From Octopus sinensis (taxonomy: Eukaryota), in the NCBI RefSeq assembly GCF_006345805.1, contig NC_042997.1:148614001-148678000 (forward strand): 64,000 nucleotides of DNA, read 5' to 3'. The notes beneath the pieces were generated by a model. The model ran no database searches and was not told the origin of the DNA. It was given only the letters and a program-made list of their open reading frames with translations. Shown one piece after another: positions 1 through 13,218 of the stretch (positions are counted from its first letter, which is position 1; the number at the start of each line of letters is the position of its first letter). Position numbers and translations under genes: made by a program.

Positions 1-66
1 TTTTGCATCTGATTTTTCAGTGGATGTATGTGAGTGTTCCATCTAACCTACAGAGTTGGTTCCTAG

Positions 67-600
67 AGCAGTGGAAGAATGTTATTTTCTCGGGCGAGTA
101 ATCCTTTACCTTATTTCCGACAACCGACGGAGTGTACGTCTGGAGACAGCCAAAGGAAGCATTTGACCCAGACTGCCTTCTTCCAATTGTTAAAGAGGAA
201 CTGTAATGATCGGGAGGGAGGGCTATAACTTGGAGATCCGCCGGCCAAATGGTTTCCCTTCATGGCAGAATTAGTAATCAAGACTATTAAGCACTTTATC
301 TGTTCAAATTCATCCTATGTTTGCCGAACTGTTTCCGGAGGGAAAAGCAATCTTTCAGGATGATAATTCACCAATTCACACAGTTAATGTTGCTACTGAA
401 TGGCACGAGGAATATTCTAGAGATATTGAGCACCTTATCTAGACAGTACAGTCCCCAGATCTCAATATTATTTACCATTTATGGTGCATTTTAGAAAAAA
501 AAGTAAGGAATCGATATCCTCCACGATTATCACTACAAGAACTGGAGGTTGTTTTAGCTGAAGAATGGACAAAAATTCCTTTGGAAACAATTAAAACACA
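67..600 (+). pseudogene. Tc1-family DDE transposase remnant (catalytic domain)
   Basis: Manual translation gives EQWKNVIFSGE*SFTLF...VWRQPKEAFDPDCLLPIVK and FQDDNSPIHT...LI*TVQSPDLNIIYHLWCILEKKV...LQELEVVLAEEWTKIP. These match the Tc1 motifs W..VIFSDES, FQQDN.P.H and WPSQSPDLNPIE.LW; stop codons are present. Confidence 0.85.
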
Positions 601-816
601 TATGTATGGATTTGATGCATCAGAGTTAATCTTCTCTTTATAAAGTCTATGTTAAGTTAATGCCAGCTTCGGCCGGTGTATTGAGTAGGGGGTAACTAAG
701 GTTTCGCAGTAGGTTGCTATACATTAATATGGATATGAACCCTTGTGTATTTGTAAATTTATTTATATGCGAATATCCATACCACGCAAGCTTAAATTCT
801 ACTAGAATGTGTGTGC

Positions 817-818
<2 letters not shown>

Positions 819-881
<63 letters not shown>

Positions 882-953
882 TTATTATATGTATTTATTA
901 TATATATCTCTCTATATCTATCTTATTATCTATCTATCTATCTATCTATTTCT

Positions 954-986
<33 letters not shown>

Positions 987-1081
987 TATCTATCATCTAT
1001 CTATCTATCTATCTATCTATCATCTATCTATCTATCTATCTCTATCTATCTATCTATATATATATATCTATATATATATAT
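819..1081. repeat. Compound microsatellite (TA)n/(TATC)n
   Basis: Read directly. Similar tracts occur throughout (e.g. 1885-2205, 2900-3105, 16880-17030, 17820-17925, 23030-23215, 42280-42430). Confidence 0.95.
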
Positions 1082-1490
1082 TAAGGTATGTAGAAAAATA
1101 CAACATGGACAAGAACGTATACTCATAGAAGGACGATACAATAAACATGGACAGACTTCGAAACCCCTCAGTCTTCATCAAGAACGGATCATCGTAGTAA
1201 TTTCGGCTGATTAATCTGAGATTACTAGATCACGGCCACCCTCAAGAAAAACTAAGCTGGAAGCGTAGATTTCCTGGAAGAAGGATCGAATGCATACGAA
1301 CACCAGGACAGCAAAAGGGACAGATATAAAAAAAAACAAAAAACAATAATGGAATACAGAAACATGAAATACAGAAGCTAACGGTGGGAAACAGCAAGTG
1401 TCTTACGATGATACAAGCAAACAAATTTTTCTCTGCGCATTGGAAACACACACACACGGGTTGGGAAAAATAATGGAAATACCTTAAAAT
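1082..1490 (-). mobile_element. (TA)n-flanked interspersed repeat resembling the 36815-37387 element, possibly a Penelope-like terminal fragment
   Basis: Shares the motif order ttcatca...tttcggc...gag..ggcca...ctaag with 36923-37020 and has (TA)n on both sides. Confidence 0.4.
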
Positions 1491-1910
1491 TAAATATATA
1501 TATATATATTGAGTGAGAGAAAATTAATTTTAATGATAAGTTTATTATAAAAACAACTTTATAGTAATCTTGTAGGTAAATCTTTCATTTTGAAGAGTAT
1601 AAAGTATTCTTAAACAAGAAGGTTGTTGATAGTTACTTCAGTGTTTCGAAAAGCTAAACCATCCTCGCACTCCGATGCATTAGAGTTAATCTTCTCTTTA
1701 TAAAGTGTATGTTGAGTTAATGCCAGCTTCGGCCATGTGTATTTGAGTGGGATGGTAATTAAGGTTTCGCAGTAGGTTGGTATACATATATATGGATATG
1801 AACCCTTGTGTATTTGTAAGTATTTATTTATATGCGAATATCCATACCACGCAAGCTTAAATTCTACTAGAAATGTGTGTGCATAATATATATATATATA
1901 TATATACATA

Positions 1911-1979
<69 letters not shown>

Positions 1980-1990
1980 GTATATATTCA

Positions 1991-2045
<55 letters not shown>

Positions 2046-2143
2046 TATATATATATATATATACATATATGTACACACACACACATATATATACATATAT
2101 GTATATATATATATGTATGTATATATATATGTCTATGTATATG

Positions 2144-2184
<41 letters not shown>

Positions 2185-2919
2185 TATATATATACATACA
2201 TACATACTCACGCACTCCCACACATTCGCTTATAATATATGCACATCGTCTTTGAACATTTTTACTGTTAAACGTTATTCCATCTTAAAGGAGATATGTG
2301 TTAATATTAGGTAACTTAGTGACAAGGTAGTTCTGTGTGACGTAACCAATTATTCGTTGTTAGTTTTCTATGGGTGTTGAAGACGGAATTCTCATTATTA
2401 ATGTTAAACGAATTAGATAGTCTCCCAGTCTTAGTGTCTGCCTTGTACTGAAGATATTTTTTTCTTAGTGTGTATCTTTTCACAGATGCGCCACATACGC
2501 ACATTTTCTCACAGTCTTTTCTACTATTTTCTTTTTTTTTTTTTTTTGCTTTGTCTTGACATATATTCCATACGTACCTCATGGTGGTCTGTTAACTCAA
2601 ATTCCAATCCATTTCCGTCTTTCTCAATCTCTATCTCTGTATGTTACTCGCGATTCCAGTGAACAGCCCTCGGTCGTCTGCTTTTCGCATCTTGAAACTT
2701 CCTAATAAAGTTTTGAAGAGCTCTAGTCAACGGTAATGCATTTGATCTCAGTTAAAAACGAGCGGAGTCTAACACTTGACGACGAATAATTATCTAATTC
2801 ATATTTTCAGCATCTGAGAACGGATAGACAGACACTCGAGCACATCCAAACAGATATAGATATATTTTTGTGCATCAATTTACGTACGCATGTATGCATA
2901 TATGTTATATATATATATG

Positions 2920-2982
<63 letters not shown>

Positions 2983-3001
2983 ATAATATATATACATATA
3001 T

Positions 3002-3052
<51 letters not shown>

Positions 3053-3567
3053 GATACATACATACATATATGTATTATGTATGTATGTATGTATGTATGT
3101 ATGTATTAAGAGCATGTAAGAGGTTACGGAATAGGATATCAGTTTTCTAATACATAAATCATTCTAGAACCTTTAGATACGGAGGTTATATAAGACATTA
3201 CATACATCATTATACATGGGAGTGTGTGATGTTTTTTTTTCTCTGTGTGTATATGTGCGTGTATATTTTGGTTTAGAGAAAGGAGAAACGAAATGAGTGC
3301 AGTGCAAAATAATTCAAAGAAGAGACAACCGAAAATTCAGTTGTGGACTACGAATAGGGCGAGAACGATAGAAACGTTAATTTTCGGTAAAATGTGAAAA
3401 CAGTTAGACATAAACAAATGAAACGACCAGAACAGAGTAAAAACAGAATCACCAGCACACATTTCTATTTATCATCGGTAGGATTCGGTTATCGCAGATT
3501 AACAACTGCATTGCCTGCTACAGTCTGTAGATTTATAGAAAAAATTTTGGTTAGTGTATTGAACAGT

Positions 3568-3885
3568 GTGGAGGCGCAATGGCCCAGTGGTTAGGGCTGC
3601 GGACTCGTGGTCGGAGGATCGCGGTTTCGATTCCCAGACCAGGCGTTGTGTGTGTTTATTGAGCGAAAACAACTAAAAGCTCCACAAGACTCCGGTAGGG
3701 GGTGGTGACGACCGTTGTGGTACTCTTTCGCCATAACTTTCTCTAACTCTCTCTTCCCGTTTCTTGAGTAACGCTGTGATGGACTGGTGTCTCGTCCAGC
3801 TGGGGGAAACACATACGCACAGAAACCGAGAAACCGGACCTATGAGCCTGGCTAAGCTTGAAAATGGTGACGTGTATCGTTTATC
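3568..3885 (+). mobile_element. tRNA-derived SINE with V-domain-like central motif and 12 bp TSD
   Basis: A box tggcccagtgg, B box ggtttcgattccc, central gatggactggtgtctcgtccag. TSD GTATTGAACAGT at 3556-3567 and 3886-3897. A second copy starts at 33793. Confidence 0.85.
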
Positions 3886-6800
3886 GTATTGAACAGTAAA
3901 GTTGTACAAGAAGACATTTTTGGGATCACGCAATACTTTCATAAGTACTTTCAAAAATTGTGGAAAGGATTCATAAAAATTACGTACGGTAACTACTGAA
4001 ATCTGTCGAATTGTCAAAAATGGTAAAGAAGAAAATAATTCTTTCTGTTGATACATATGTTGCTCTGAAGTTCCCACGGACACACACACACACACATATA
4101 TTTATGTGTATGTGTGTGTGTACACGTGTGTATAGTGCGTGTGCGCATGTGCGTGCATGCATCCGTGCGTGTATATGTGTGTGTCTGCGTGTATTTGTTC
4201 AGGTCTTTTGCGCGCGCCTATGGATAAACTCCCAAGTATAGAACCTTACTAGTAATTCAGCCTCTATAATTGTACGTTACAAAATCTAATGTGTTATTGC
4301 AAGAGTAGCTGTACTTTCCATAGCGTGTTGTCTTCTAAGTGAATGCTCTAGACAAGGAAATTTCAAGACATAGATTAGTGTTCTAGTATTCTTATAAAGA
4401 CTAAACAGTTCTGAATATATTGCATTTATTAAGTTGTATGTAAAATCTATCACGCATTGTCCAGTTCTTTTATTATCAACAGTCACGGACTGGTAAGTAA
4501 ACATAGAATTAATTGAGTAAATTGATTGAAAGCATGCTTATACAGTCATTAGTTTGCTTTCAAAAGTAAGAAAATGAAACTGTAGAGCACGCATTGAAGT
4601 GTTTTCAGATTCATGACGTTTGCTTTTACAATGATGTAAACTAAAGAGCAATCAAACAATTAATTAATGCAAGTAATTAAAATATTCAAAGAAAATAATT
4701 AAGAATTAGAAAACAGTAAGAAAACAAATACGTACTGAGTGACTCTGTATATGTTTTCGATATTTCTTTGTCAATATAATGTTATGAAGTGTCTGAACGT
4801 ATTATAACCGTAAAAAATATATAATTCGAATACCACGAACATAACGGAAATATAGTAAACAATTCTATATTAAATATAATGATTTCTTAATTTCGATTAA
4901 ACATTTTTCTGGTTCATCTCCATTAAAACAGATCACATTTATTTCATCATTATTCCGACATTCCCTGCTGATGTGTTCCATGATGCTTGGAATAAATGTT
5001 ATTTGTTCGCAGTATTTTCTACTCCCATACACCTCCAGGCTAAAGTGCCTTTAAACAAGCGATTAAAAGATTCAACCTATTAAATTGTAAGTCAACACAG
5101 ACCTAAGATAAATAAAAAAGCAATCAGAAGATAATTTCAAATGGTATATTTATTCATTGCATTGATACCATTAACGATACTCCTCAAACGTTCCAAATCC
5201 TACATACTTTCACAGACGATGAGTTATTCAAATATTATTGAAGATGTGAGTTATTTAAGTGCTATTCCAGTTTGTCTTCCAAAATAGCCGTTAAGGCCAT
5301 GTGTGGCTTTCACGTAAAAGGAAATTATGAGATAACATTACTTGGTTACCTTAAGGGGCTCATATGTGATTCATATTTGCAATCATTCAGGTAAAAGAAT
5401 AAACTTTGTTCGACGGAAGTCGTATGGAGCAAGAATTATAAGTAATAAGGGTATGTAATTAAAAATGGACAAAGTAGCGTTTATTGAACCCGCTATAATC
5501 AAATTAATTAAATTCATTAAAATGTAATTAGAGTTAGTGGAATTTAAACTAAAATCTCTTACAGGATTAACTAGCAGTGGGATGATTTTAGATTGTTACA
5601 AAGCAGATATCTGTCATTAACAATATATTAAATTAATTAAATATAAAAGAGTGATAGTTAAATAGATAGTGTCTTATATATTATGGCATGACAATAAGGT
5701 GAACCAAAAAGAAGTTTATATTTCGAAATTGCGTAATTATGTTCACAATTTACAGATATTTGTTTCGGGATATTACTTGCATACCCAAATATAATCATCA
5801 TATTACCCGGCAGAAGTGACACAGCAAAGTTGCAGCAGATTACAGGAGTTCACACCGGAAATTTTGATATTGCAAATAATAGTAAATCAAACGAAGATAA
5901 TTAAAATTTTCAACGCATGGGCAATACCAATATTGAAACAGTGTACAACATTACTTCGAGAAACTAAAAACAAATGAACTGAGGAGGTTTATCGAACAAT
6001 AATCTAAATATGCGTATCGTTGTTAGGAATCTGTACCTATCAAGAAAATAGGGACAGAATGGAATATTTAATACAATATACACGGTACAGTTAACAATTA
6101 TTGAATTCGAGATGTACGTTAACAAATTGAAGAAAAGCGTATTTACGCATCCAGGAAAATAAATACCAAATACAAGATAGCATTAAAACTTTTAGAATCA
6201 AAATAGGAAAATTAGATGTTGAAAAGCATCAAGAAAATATGTTACAGATATAATCTGACAGACAAGCGAAAGGCAAATGGAATAAATGGTCATCTCAGCT
6301 GAAATATGCAGATCTGATGAGAGAAACGAAATCCTGATTAATGATTATTGACGACAAAGAAGGGAAGACAACAATTATTGTTAATATATATAGAGAGAGA
6401 ATATTCAGCAAGATTCTGACAATGGGGCAATTGTCAAAACAGATGGCATTCACTACCCTGTGGAATATAAATGTTGCTATATTACATATGCAGAAGACAG
6501 AGTCACAAAAACGTGAAGATCTGGAAATAGAGATTATAAAATGTGGATATTGAAAAAAGAAACTAATTAACATGACAATAACGAGGATTACATTGTCAAT
6601 AAGAACTACGAAGGCTACCGCGACGATGATGATGATTATATATTGGAAATTGTAAGATAATTTTCTAATAAATATATAATCTTACTGCAGTATCTAAACA
6701 TGCTGCCAGCGAAGTATAGAACTATTGTGCAATGAACAAATTTATATATTAAATATGTTCAGTTTAATACAAAAAGAGTATGCTTCCAGGGGACAGAAAA

Positions 6801-8474
6801 TCGGGATGTGTATTCACTGAGAATCCTCGTTGCTGATTTGAAAAGGTGTTTTCGGTAGAGGAATATGTGAAGCGGCTATGAAAATAGGTAACGTGATTAG
6901 AGAAGCAGATGGCTTTGAAGCAATGATTAGAAAATTGGGAAAAAAATGTGAAAAGAAATATAACAAGCCTCTGTGAACTTTTAGTCGATCAAAATCGATA
7001 CATATTTGACTTTAGAGGTGATTAAGGAGCACCACATCTAAATACACACGTAGACAACCTCTAGTGTTGATGAACTGAGAAAGCATTGCTCAAATTCAGA
7101 TCTCTTAAGATTGAAAATAGGCAACTAAAATGCTATCCTATAACTTAGAAACCATTTAACAGTGTTGTTCACAGAAGATACATATATACCGTGCTAAAAG
7201 AATCACAATAGAAGTAATACAAACAGCAACTTTAAAGAAATATTGTAATTCCTGATAATATTGGAGGTATCGCCAGATATGCTTGTTTAGGAAATACTAT
7301 AGTTATATACGTTGCTTGAATTTATTACTATAGGCTATCGGTGAAAAAGGAAAAGTTCTAAACAACAATTATACTAAGATTAATACTACCGCACCACCAC
7401 CATTTCACGAAACGCATTTACTTCATGCAATATGATGGTTTGATCATATTCAAGGTTTGTTACGCGAATTGCTTATTTCTGGTGAATAGTACATTCTTAG
7501 GAGCGGAAACAAGTAGAAAAATGTTGAGAGAAGTTAGAAACTATCAACAAAATGCTGTTATCTTTATGGGGGAATAGCTTTCCCTGTTTGTTTTCCCTGA
7601 TATATATGATACATTTAACGCTAATCTTAAACATATATAGGCGAGCGTTTATATTTTTAAGGTCACGCAGCTTAACGTAAATCAACGTCTCATACGGATG
7701 ATTTGAATCTTTTCGCAAATAATGAAAACAAACAGAGCATGGATTTAGTGAATATATTGTGATGGAATTTGCGATAAACTCGTGTGCAGTTTTAAGAGGA
7801 GGGAAAACGAAGTGAGATTATCAGATAAGGATATCATACAACAAGGAGGAAAGTAAAAGTATTTGGGTAAAGCAGTAACATTTATGATAAAGGAAACAAT
7901 ACTTCGTAATACTTCATTTTGGAACATAGTTCTTTAGAAGTTAAAAACAGTAGTTAAGATTAAATGAAAATGCAATCCAGCAGCTATTTCCCGATCAGCC
8001 ACATATATTGTTATGGTTTAACTACATTTTTCACATGTCGAGAAGATGACTGGATATCAGTTTTTGTGCATGATAATAACAATAATTATGTATTGTACTA
8101 TTTCCATTTTAAGATGGAAATGTGTAATCTGTATAGGATTTTGATTCGATTCCTACGCGATTATGCAACAGTACAGAAGTTCCCTTGTTGATGGTTGGGG
8201 ACGTTGTTAACACATGTTGGTCGATAGATATGCTCTGCAAAGAGTACCTGTCAAAGCCAATCAACGAGCATTACCAAGCATACACCTGGAATATTGAAAT
8301 GTCAGGCAGGTTCCACGATATTGAATGATAGTAAAGGCAACAGTATTACGTTCGCGTAAATTTTCAAGTCGACTGACCATCGGGTAGTTACACAGTAGGC
8401 CCCATTTAAACAGCTAAATTAACAAAGAGTTGTATTTGCCGGAGCATCAACAAAACATGGATTGCAAATTTATT

Positions 8475-8720
8475 AGGCAGTAAGTGGCACAACCGTTTTC
8501 AACGATCGAAATACTTAACGTCTGTTCTTCTGACTTTACGTTCTGTGTTCAAATGCCACCGCGGTCCACATTGCATACATTCTTTCGAGGTCTATAAAAT
8601 ACAGTAACAATCAAATAGTAGTGGTGATGGTGTTGGTGGGTGTGGTGTTGGGGGACTCGACGTAATTGATTGAAACGCTCTGCCGAAAAAATTCAGGCCT
8701 TGTGCCCATACCAGGAATGA
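8475..8720 (+). mobile_element. Degenerate Nin-domain-type tRNA SINE
   Basis: Diverged match to the 11091-11634 family (ttctgtgttcaaatgcc...cattctttcgaggtctataaaata). Confidence 0.55.
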
Positions 8721-8896
8721 TTATATACAGTATTTCTAGTCTCGTCTTGAAATAGAACGCTTTGGTAGATAGGAAATGGGAGTTTGCCAAAAGATTTATT
8801 TACTAATTAACAGCTTATTAACATTCGTTCTTCCCTGTTTTGAAGATTTGAATAGAAACTGATGGAAACTTATCAACATAAAAAAGAAGATATATA

Positions 8897-9268
8897 GGCG
8901 TAGGAGTGGCTGTGTGGTAAGTAACGTGACACCTTGGGTAAGTGTCTTCTACTGTAGCCCCGGGCCAACCAAAGCCTTGTGACTGGATTTGGTGAACGGA
9001 AGCTTGAGGAGGCCCGTCGTATATATGTATATGTGTATATGTGTGTCTATGTATATATTTGTGTCTGTGTTTGTCTCCCAATATCGCTTGACAACCGATG
9101 CTGGTGTGCTTACATCCCCGTAACTTAGCGGTTCGGCAAAAGAGACTGATAGAATAAGTTCTAGGCTTACAAAGAATAAGTCCTGGGGTCGATTTGCTCG
9201 ACCAAAGACGGTGCTCCAGCATGGCCACAGTCAAATGACTGAAACAAGTAAAAGACTAAAAAGAGTAA
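8897..9268 (+). mobile_element. tRNA-derived CORE-like SINE with internal microsatellite (cephalopod-type)
   Basis: Head ggcgtaggagtggctgtgtggtaag (partly deleted), ccttgggtaagtgtcttctact, tail ggtgctccagcatggccacagtcaaatgactgaaacaagtaaaaga. Many other copies in the window. Confidence 0.9.
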
Positions 9269-10064
9269 GAATCATCCTACGCATTTTCTTTCTTTTCGTT
9301 TTTGTACAAATGTAAGAAATCTAGAATAGTTAATATGGGATCTTTTATTGTATCAATGCGGTATGGTTCCTCAATGTATAAACACGTGCATACACATACA
9401 CAGACACTGACACACACACACACACACACTCATTCACACACACATAATTAAATAACACTCGGGTGCACTTATGCAAAGCTTGTTCAGAGTTATTGGATAC
9501 CTGATATCATCAGTCAGTGAAAATGCGCACGTTACTATCATTAATCGCCGAAACCCAGCCTCCAAATACTGCAATTGGATCTGATACCTGTAATGTAGGA
9601 TGTAATCGACAGTAATGAACTTTGCCGACTGAGCGCAGAAACAGAAAATCAAGTCATTAAATGCTGGATTAAGAAGTGTATTTACTTGGAAAAATGAGTA
9701 TACAAATTAAAGAATGATATAATCCAATGTCTTCAGATGAAAAATAGAGGAATGATTTCAATATGGGTATTATCAAGTAATAATGCTTAATATTTCAAGT
9801 GTATGGGTTAGAGGATATTTTGAGCTATCCGTGATGTGAAACATCTTAAACAAGGCGGATATTCGCTTTCAACAAACGGAAAGTACAGCAGGCTATCTAG
9901 CTTGACGATATTCTTGTTAACCTGCTCAATGTGTCCTCTGGATGGCATATGACACTCGCACACAAACACACACACCACGTACACAAAAATACACACACGC
10001 ACATATATAAGGGTAGAGTGGGCAACGGCAATGCTAGAAATACAGTCATAATTTATATACGGAA

Positions 10065-10596
10065 TTAGCATGCTGATATAATGCAACTCGCTTGCTGTGG
10101 GCAGGTTATCTTCCCCTGTCAGTTCAAATAGAACACGTGCTTTATGTAGCGAAAGAGTTTATATCTGTTATATCTAGCAAAACTGGTGCTCACAGCACCC
10201 TTGGACACATTTAGTGACGGTGAATTATTTCATTTTTGGTTTAAAATTGCGTCTAGCCACCTTCATTATTTTATTATTTTCACTTTACCATATTGTGGAA
10301 TCATCAAATGATTCCTATGATATTTTGTATATTACTGACAGGAGAGTATTCAAATTTACCATCTGTAAAGGAGTGAGAATTACAGAAGAGTATTAATTTC
10401 TATATGAAATTTGCATGCTAATCTAATGCAACTCGCTTCCTGTGGGGAGGTTGTTTTTCCCTGTCAGTTTAAATACAGTACATGCTTTATGTAGCTAAAG
10501 TGCCTATGACTTTTTTTAGCAATGCCCTTGGTCACATTTAGTGACGGTGAATTATTTCCTTTTTGGTTTAAAATTGCATCTAGCCACATTGAATAT

Positions 10597-10644
<48 letters not shown>

Positions 10645-10715
10645 GTGTGTGTGTGTGTGTGTGTGTGTATAAAATCAAGGTGATTACATGCAATTTTAAA
10701 CCAAAGAGGAAATAA
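10065..10715. repeat. Degenerate tandem dimer (period ~345 bp) plus a short inverted copy beyond (TA)n/(TG)n
   Basis: aatgcaactcgctt...cacatttagtgacggtgaattattt...ggtttaaaattgc.tctagccac at ~10080-10260 and ~10425-10590; inverted fragment at ~10680-10715. Confidence 0.8.
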
Positions 10716-11090
10716 ATATCCTCTATACAGTGGAAACTGATTTTAAGATTAGGCTATTATATGCTGCACTGTAAGCGCCCAGTGCATCACATATTAAAAT
10801 TTGGTGTACGACAAGAGTTGATATCTTTACACCAATGGTCTCTCCGCAGTCATCACTCAAAACGAACATGCATCTTCCGTGAAATTGCTGGCCTTCTGCC
10901 AAAATTTGAAATCAATAGTATAACTCATTCTTAGTAGCGTCTCTAAAAGATCGGATTGCTTGACTAAGATACAAAGCCTCTAAAGTAAGTCATTCCACTC
11001 TCTCAGAAACAGCACACGTCTTTTTTTTTATACTCTGTGTACAATCTTTCGCTGCATTATGGAATTAATACAAGTCTTAATCTGAATGCA

Positions 11091-11634
11091 AAGGGATTAA
11101 GTCGATTATCGACCCCAGTGCGTAACTGGTACTTAATTTATCGACCCCGAAAGAATGAAAGGCAAAGTCGACCTCGATGGAATTAGAACTCAGAACGTAG
11201 AGGTAGATGAAATACCAATTTCTTTACTACCCACAAGGGACTACACACAGAGGAGACAAACAAGGATAGACACACGGATTAAGTCGATTAAATCGACCCC
11301 AGTGCGTAACTGGTACTCATTTAATCGACCCCGAAAGGATGAAAGGCAAAGTAAACCTCGGCGGAATAAGAACTCAGAACGTAGCGGCAGACGAAATACC
11401 TATTTCTTTACTACCCACAAGGGGCTAAATACAGAGGGGACAAACAAGGACAGACAGACGGATTACGTCGATTATATCGACCCCAGTGCGTAACTGATAC
11501 TCATTTAATCGACCCCGAAAAGATGAAAGGCAAAGTCGACCTCGGCGGAATTTGAACTCACAACGTAACGGCAGACGAAATACGGCTACGCATTTCGCCC
11601 GGCGTGCTAACAATTCTGCCAGCTCGCCGCCTTT
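11091..11634 (-). mobile_element. Nin-domain tRNA SINE with three tandem ~183 bp body units
   Basis: Minus-strand head ggcggcgagctggcagaa, B box gagttcaaattcc, Nin-like gcctttcatcctttcggggtcgat. Units start at 11101, 11283 and 11467. TSD-like TCTGAAT(G/A)CA at 11081-11090 and 11635-11644. Confidence 0.85.
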
Positions 11635-12393
11635 TCTGAATACATTTCTATATATCTGAATGTATATCTGAATACAGTTCTATATATTTTTACCTTATTC
11701 AATCTTCTTGAGGGTTAAACGATTATCGCAACACCAACATGTTACATTAAAGCCAGAGAAGTGGCTGCAGCTTATTTGACAGCCTGTGAACACCCACATG
11801 TTAACTGTCAATGATGCAATTTTGAGCGAGTTTTGAAAACCAGCATGACCTACTGTGATGTTTTACTCTTAGTACTAGAACTATTTGTTTTATTCAGGCT
11901 ATGGAGCATACTTAAGTCACCTAACTGTATAACATTTTGTGAGTATGATGTGTTATGCTGATTTATGTACACTATGCTTACGTTTAATTTTCAATTATAT
12001 CGCTTCTATTCTATTCTGTTATTGTATATTTCAATTTCGACAATATTATCCAGTCTATCATAACGATCAGTAATCATAAAAAAAAACAGACCGCCAGTTC
12101 GCTGTCACCACCGAGTCGCAGTAAAACTTCTGCTTTAGTTTTAACGTTTAAAGTTTTTTTCTTTTCCGTTTCTATCTACAAGCAGGAGTGGTGCGCAGTA
12201 AATTACTAGTCGCCATTTTAATCTGAAACAAACAAACAAAAAAATCACGGTATATATACTTGCAGATTCGATCTTTACATCCAAAACGAGAAGCGCAAGA
12301 AAAAACATTTAAAACTAAATATTCAGATTTCATTGAAACTCCGTAGTAGTTCGCCGATAGTTCGCTCGCTTGTATTAATTAATCGCAAGTGTA

Positions 12394-12748
12394 TTTATTA
12401 TCCCCGCCTTAGTGAAGGCAGAGGTATTGTTTTCAGTCGTGATTGTTTGTTTGTTTGTCTGTGGACAAGTATCTCAAGAGCCGTTAAATGAATCCAAATG
12501 AAACTTTCAGGGATGTTTGGCTTCGCAACTGGCATGAACTGATTAGATTTTGACATCGATCCGGTATCGGACTACGATTCTGGATTATTTTTCCTGTTTT
12601 CTTTTTACTTAATTTTTGAGAGTGGTCTGGTTCATTTTTAGAATTTTGAGAGTAGTTGAGTTTATTTCAGATATTCTCATTTTTAAAATCATCTCTGGAC
12701 GTTAGTGTTGCCTTGGTTGAGGTTTGCGCTCTCTGAGTGCTCTTGCTT
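12394..12748 (+). mobile_element. Non-autonomous Helentron/HINE-like (or CryptonV-type) element
   Basis: 5' ttattatccccgcc..aaggcagaggtattgttt, (TTTG)n tract, subterminal inverted gccttggttgagg, 3' stem-loop gcgctctctgagtgc, T-rich ends. Confidence 0.65.
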
Positions 12749-12799
12749 ATATATGTATTCATTTATTTCTTCCAACACGTTCTTTAGAAAGGAGTGTTC

Positions 12800-13218
12800 G
12801 GATCTTTTCGGTTTGAACGGCAGTTTTTTTCTAGCGGTGTCATATGAAATTGTCACCCATAATTATGACCCTAGTATCGATCTATTGCATTTCAATCTGT
12901 TTTAGGGTTAGGGTTAGGGTGGGGAAATGGTATATTTTTTTCTTCATAAATGTAAATAAACCCAATCTGTTTCTTAAACGAGGGACATATTCATACGGCA
13001 GAGAATGCTTTTTTTTTTACCTCAATTGAGGTCATTGATTGGTTTAAATTGCAGAAATTGAAGAAAAAAACGGCAAATATCTTACAAACTATATAATTTT
13101 CTCAATAAAGCCAAGAGAAAAGATATTTTATAAACACATTCTACCAGTATACGAAGTTTAAAATTTTTTAGTTACCTAGAAATTATGTTAAAAACTGCCG
13201 TTCAAACCGAAAAGATCC
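12800..13218. mobile_element. MITE with ~28 bp TIRs and 8 bp TSD (Merlin-like), carrying (TTAGGG)3
   Basis: TIRs ggatcttttcggtttgaacggcagtttt / aaaactgccgttcaaaccgaaaagatcc. TSD GAGT(G/A)TTC at 12792-12799 and 13219-13226. GG termini. Confidence 0.85.

Larger units (their letters stand above)
614..1885 (+). repeat. Direct duplication of a ~205 bp block (614-820 and 1674-1885), each copy followed by (TA)n
   Basis: gatgcat(c/t)agagttaatcttctctttataaagt...ccacgcaagcttaaattctactaga occurs twice with scattered substitutions. Confidence 0.9.

Noticed and set aside
809-3115. Many ORFs rich in YI/IY, LSIY, CV/TH (also near 15-18, 24-26, 30-31, 42-44, 52-54 and 58 kb)
   Set aside because: They are translations of stop-free (TA)n, (TATC)n and (CA)n microsatellites, not genes.
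3570-3645. tRNA genes (also at 11560-11631, 33793, 49985, 52746)
   Set aside because: The A/B boxes continue into SINE bodies and no complete cloverleaf with an acceptor stem is evident.
12902-12919. Telomere or chromosome-fusion site
   Set aside because: Only three repeats, inside a TIR/TSD-bounded MITE.
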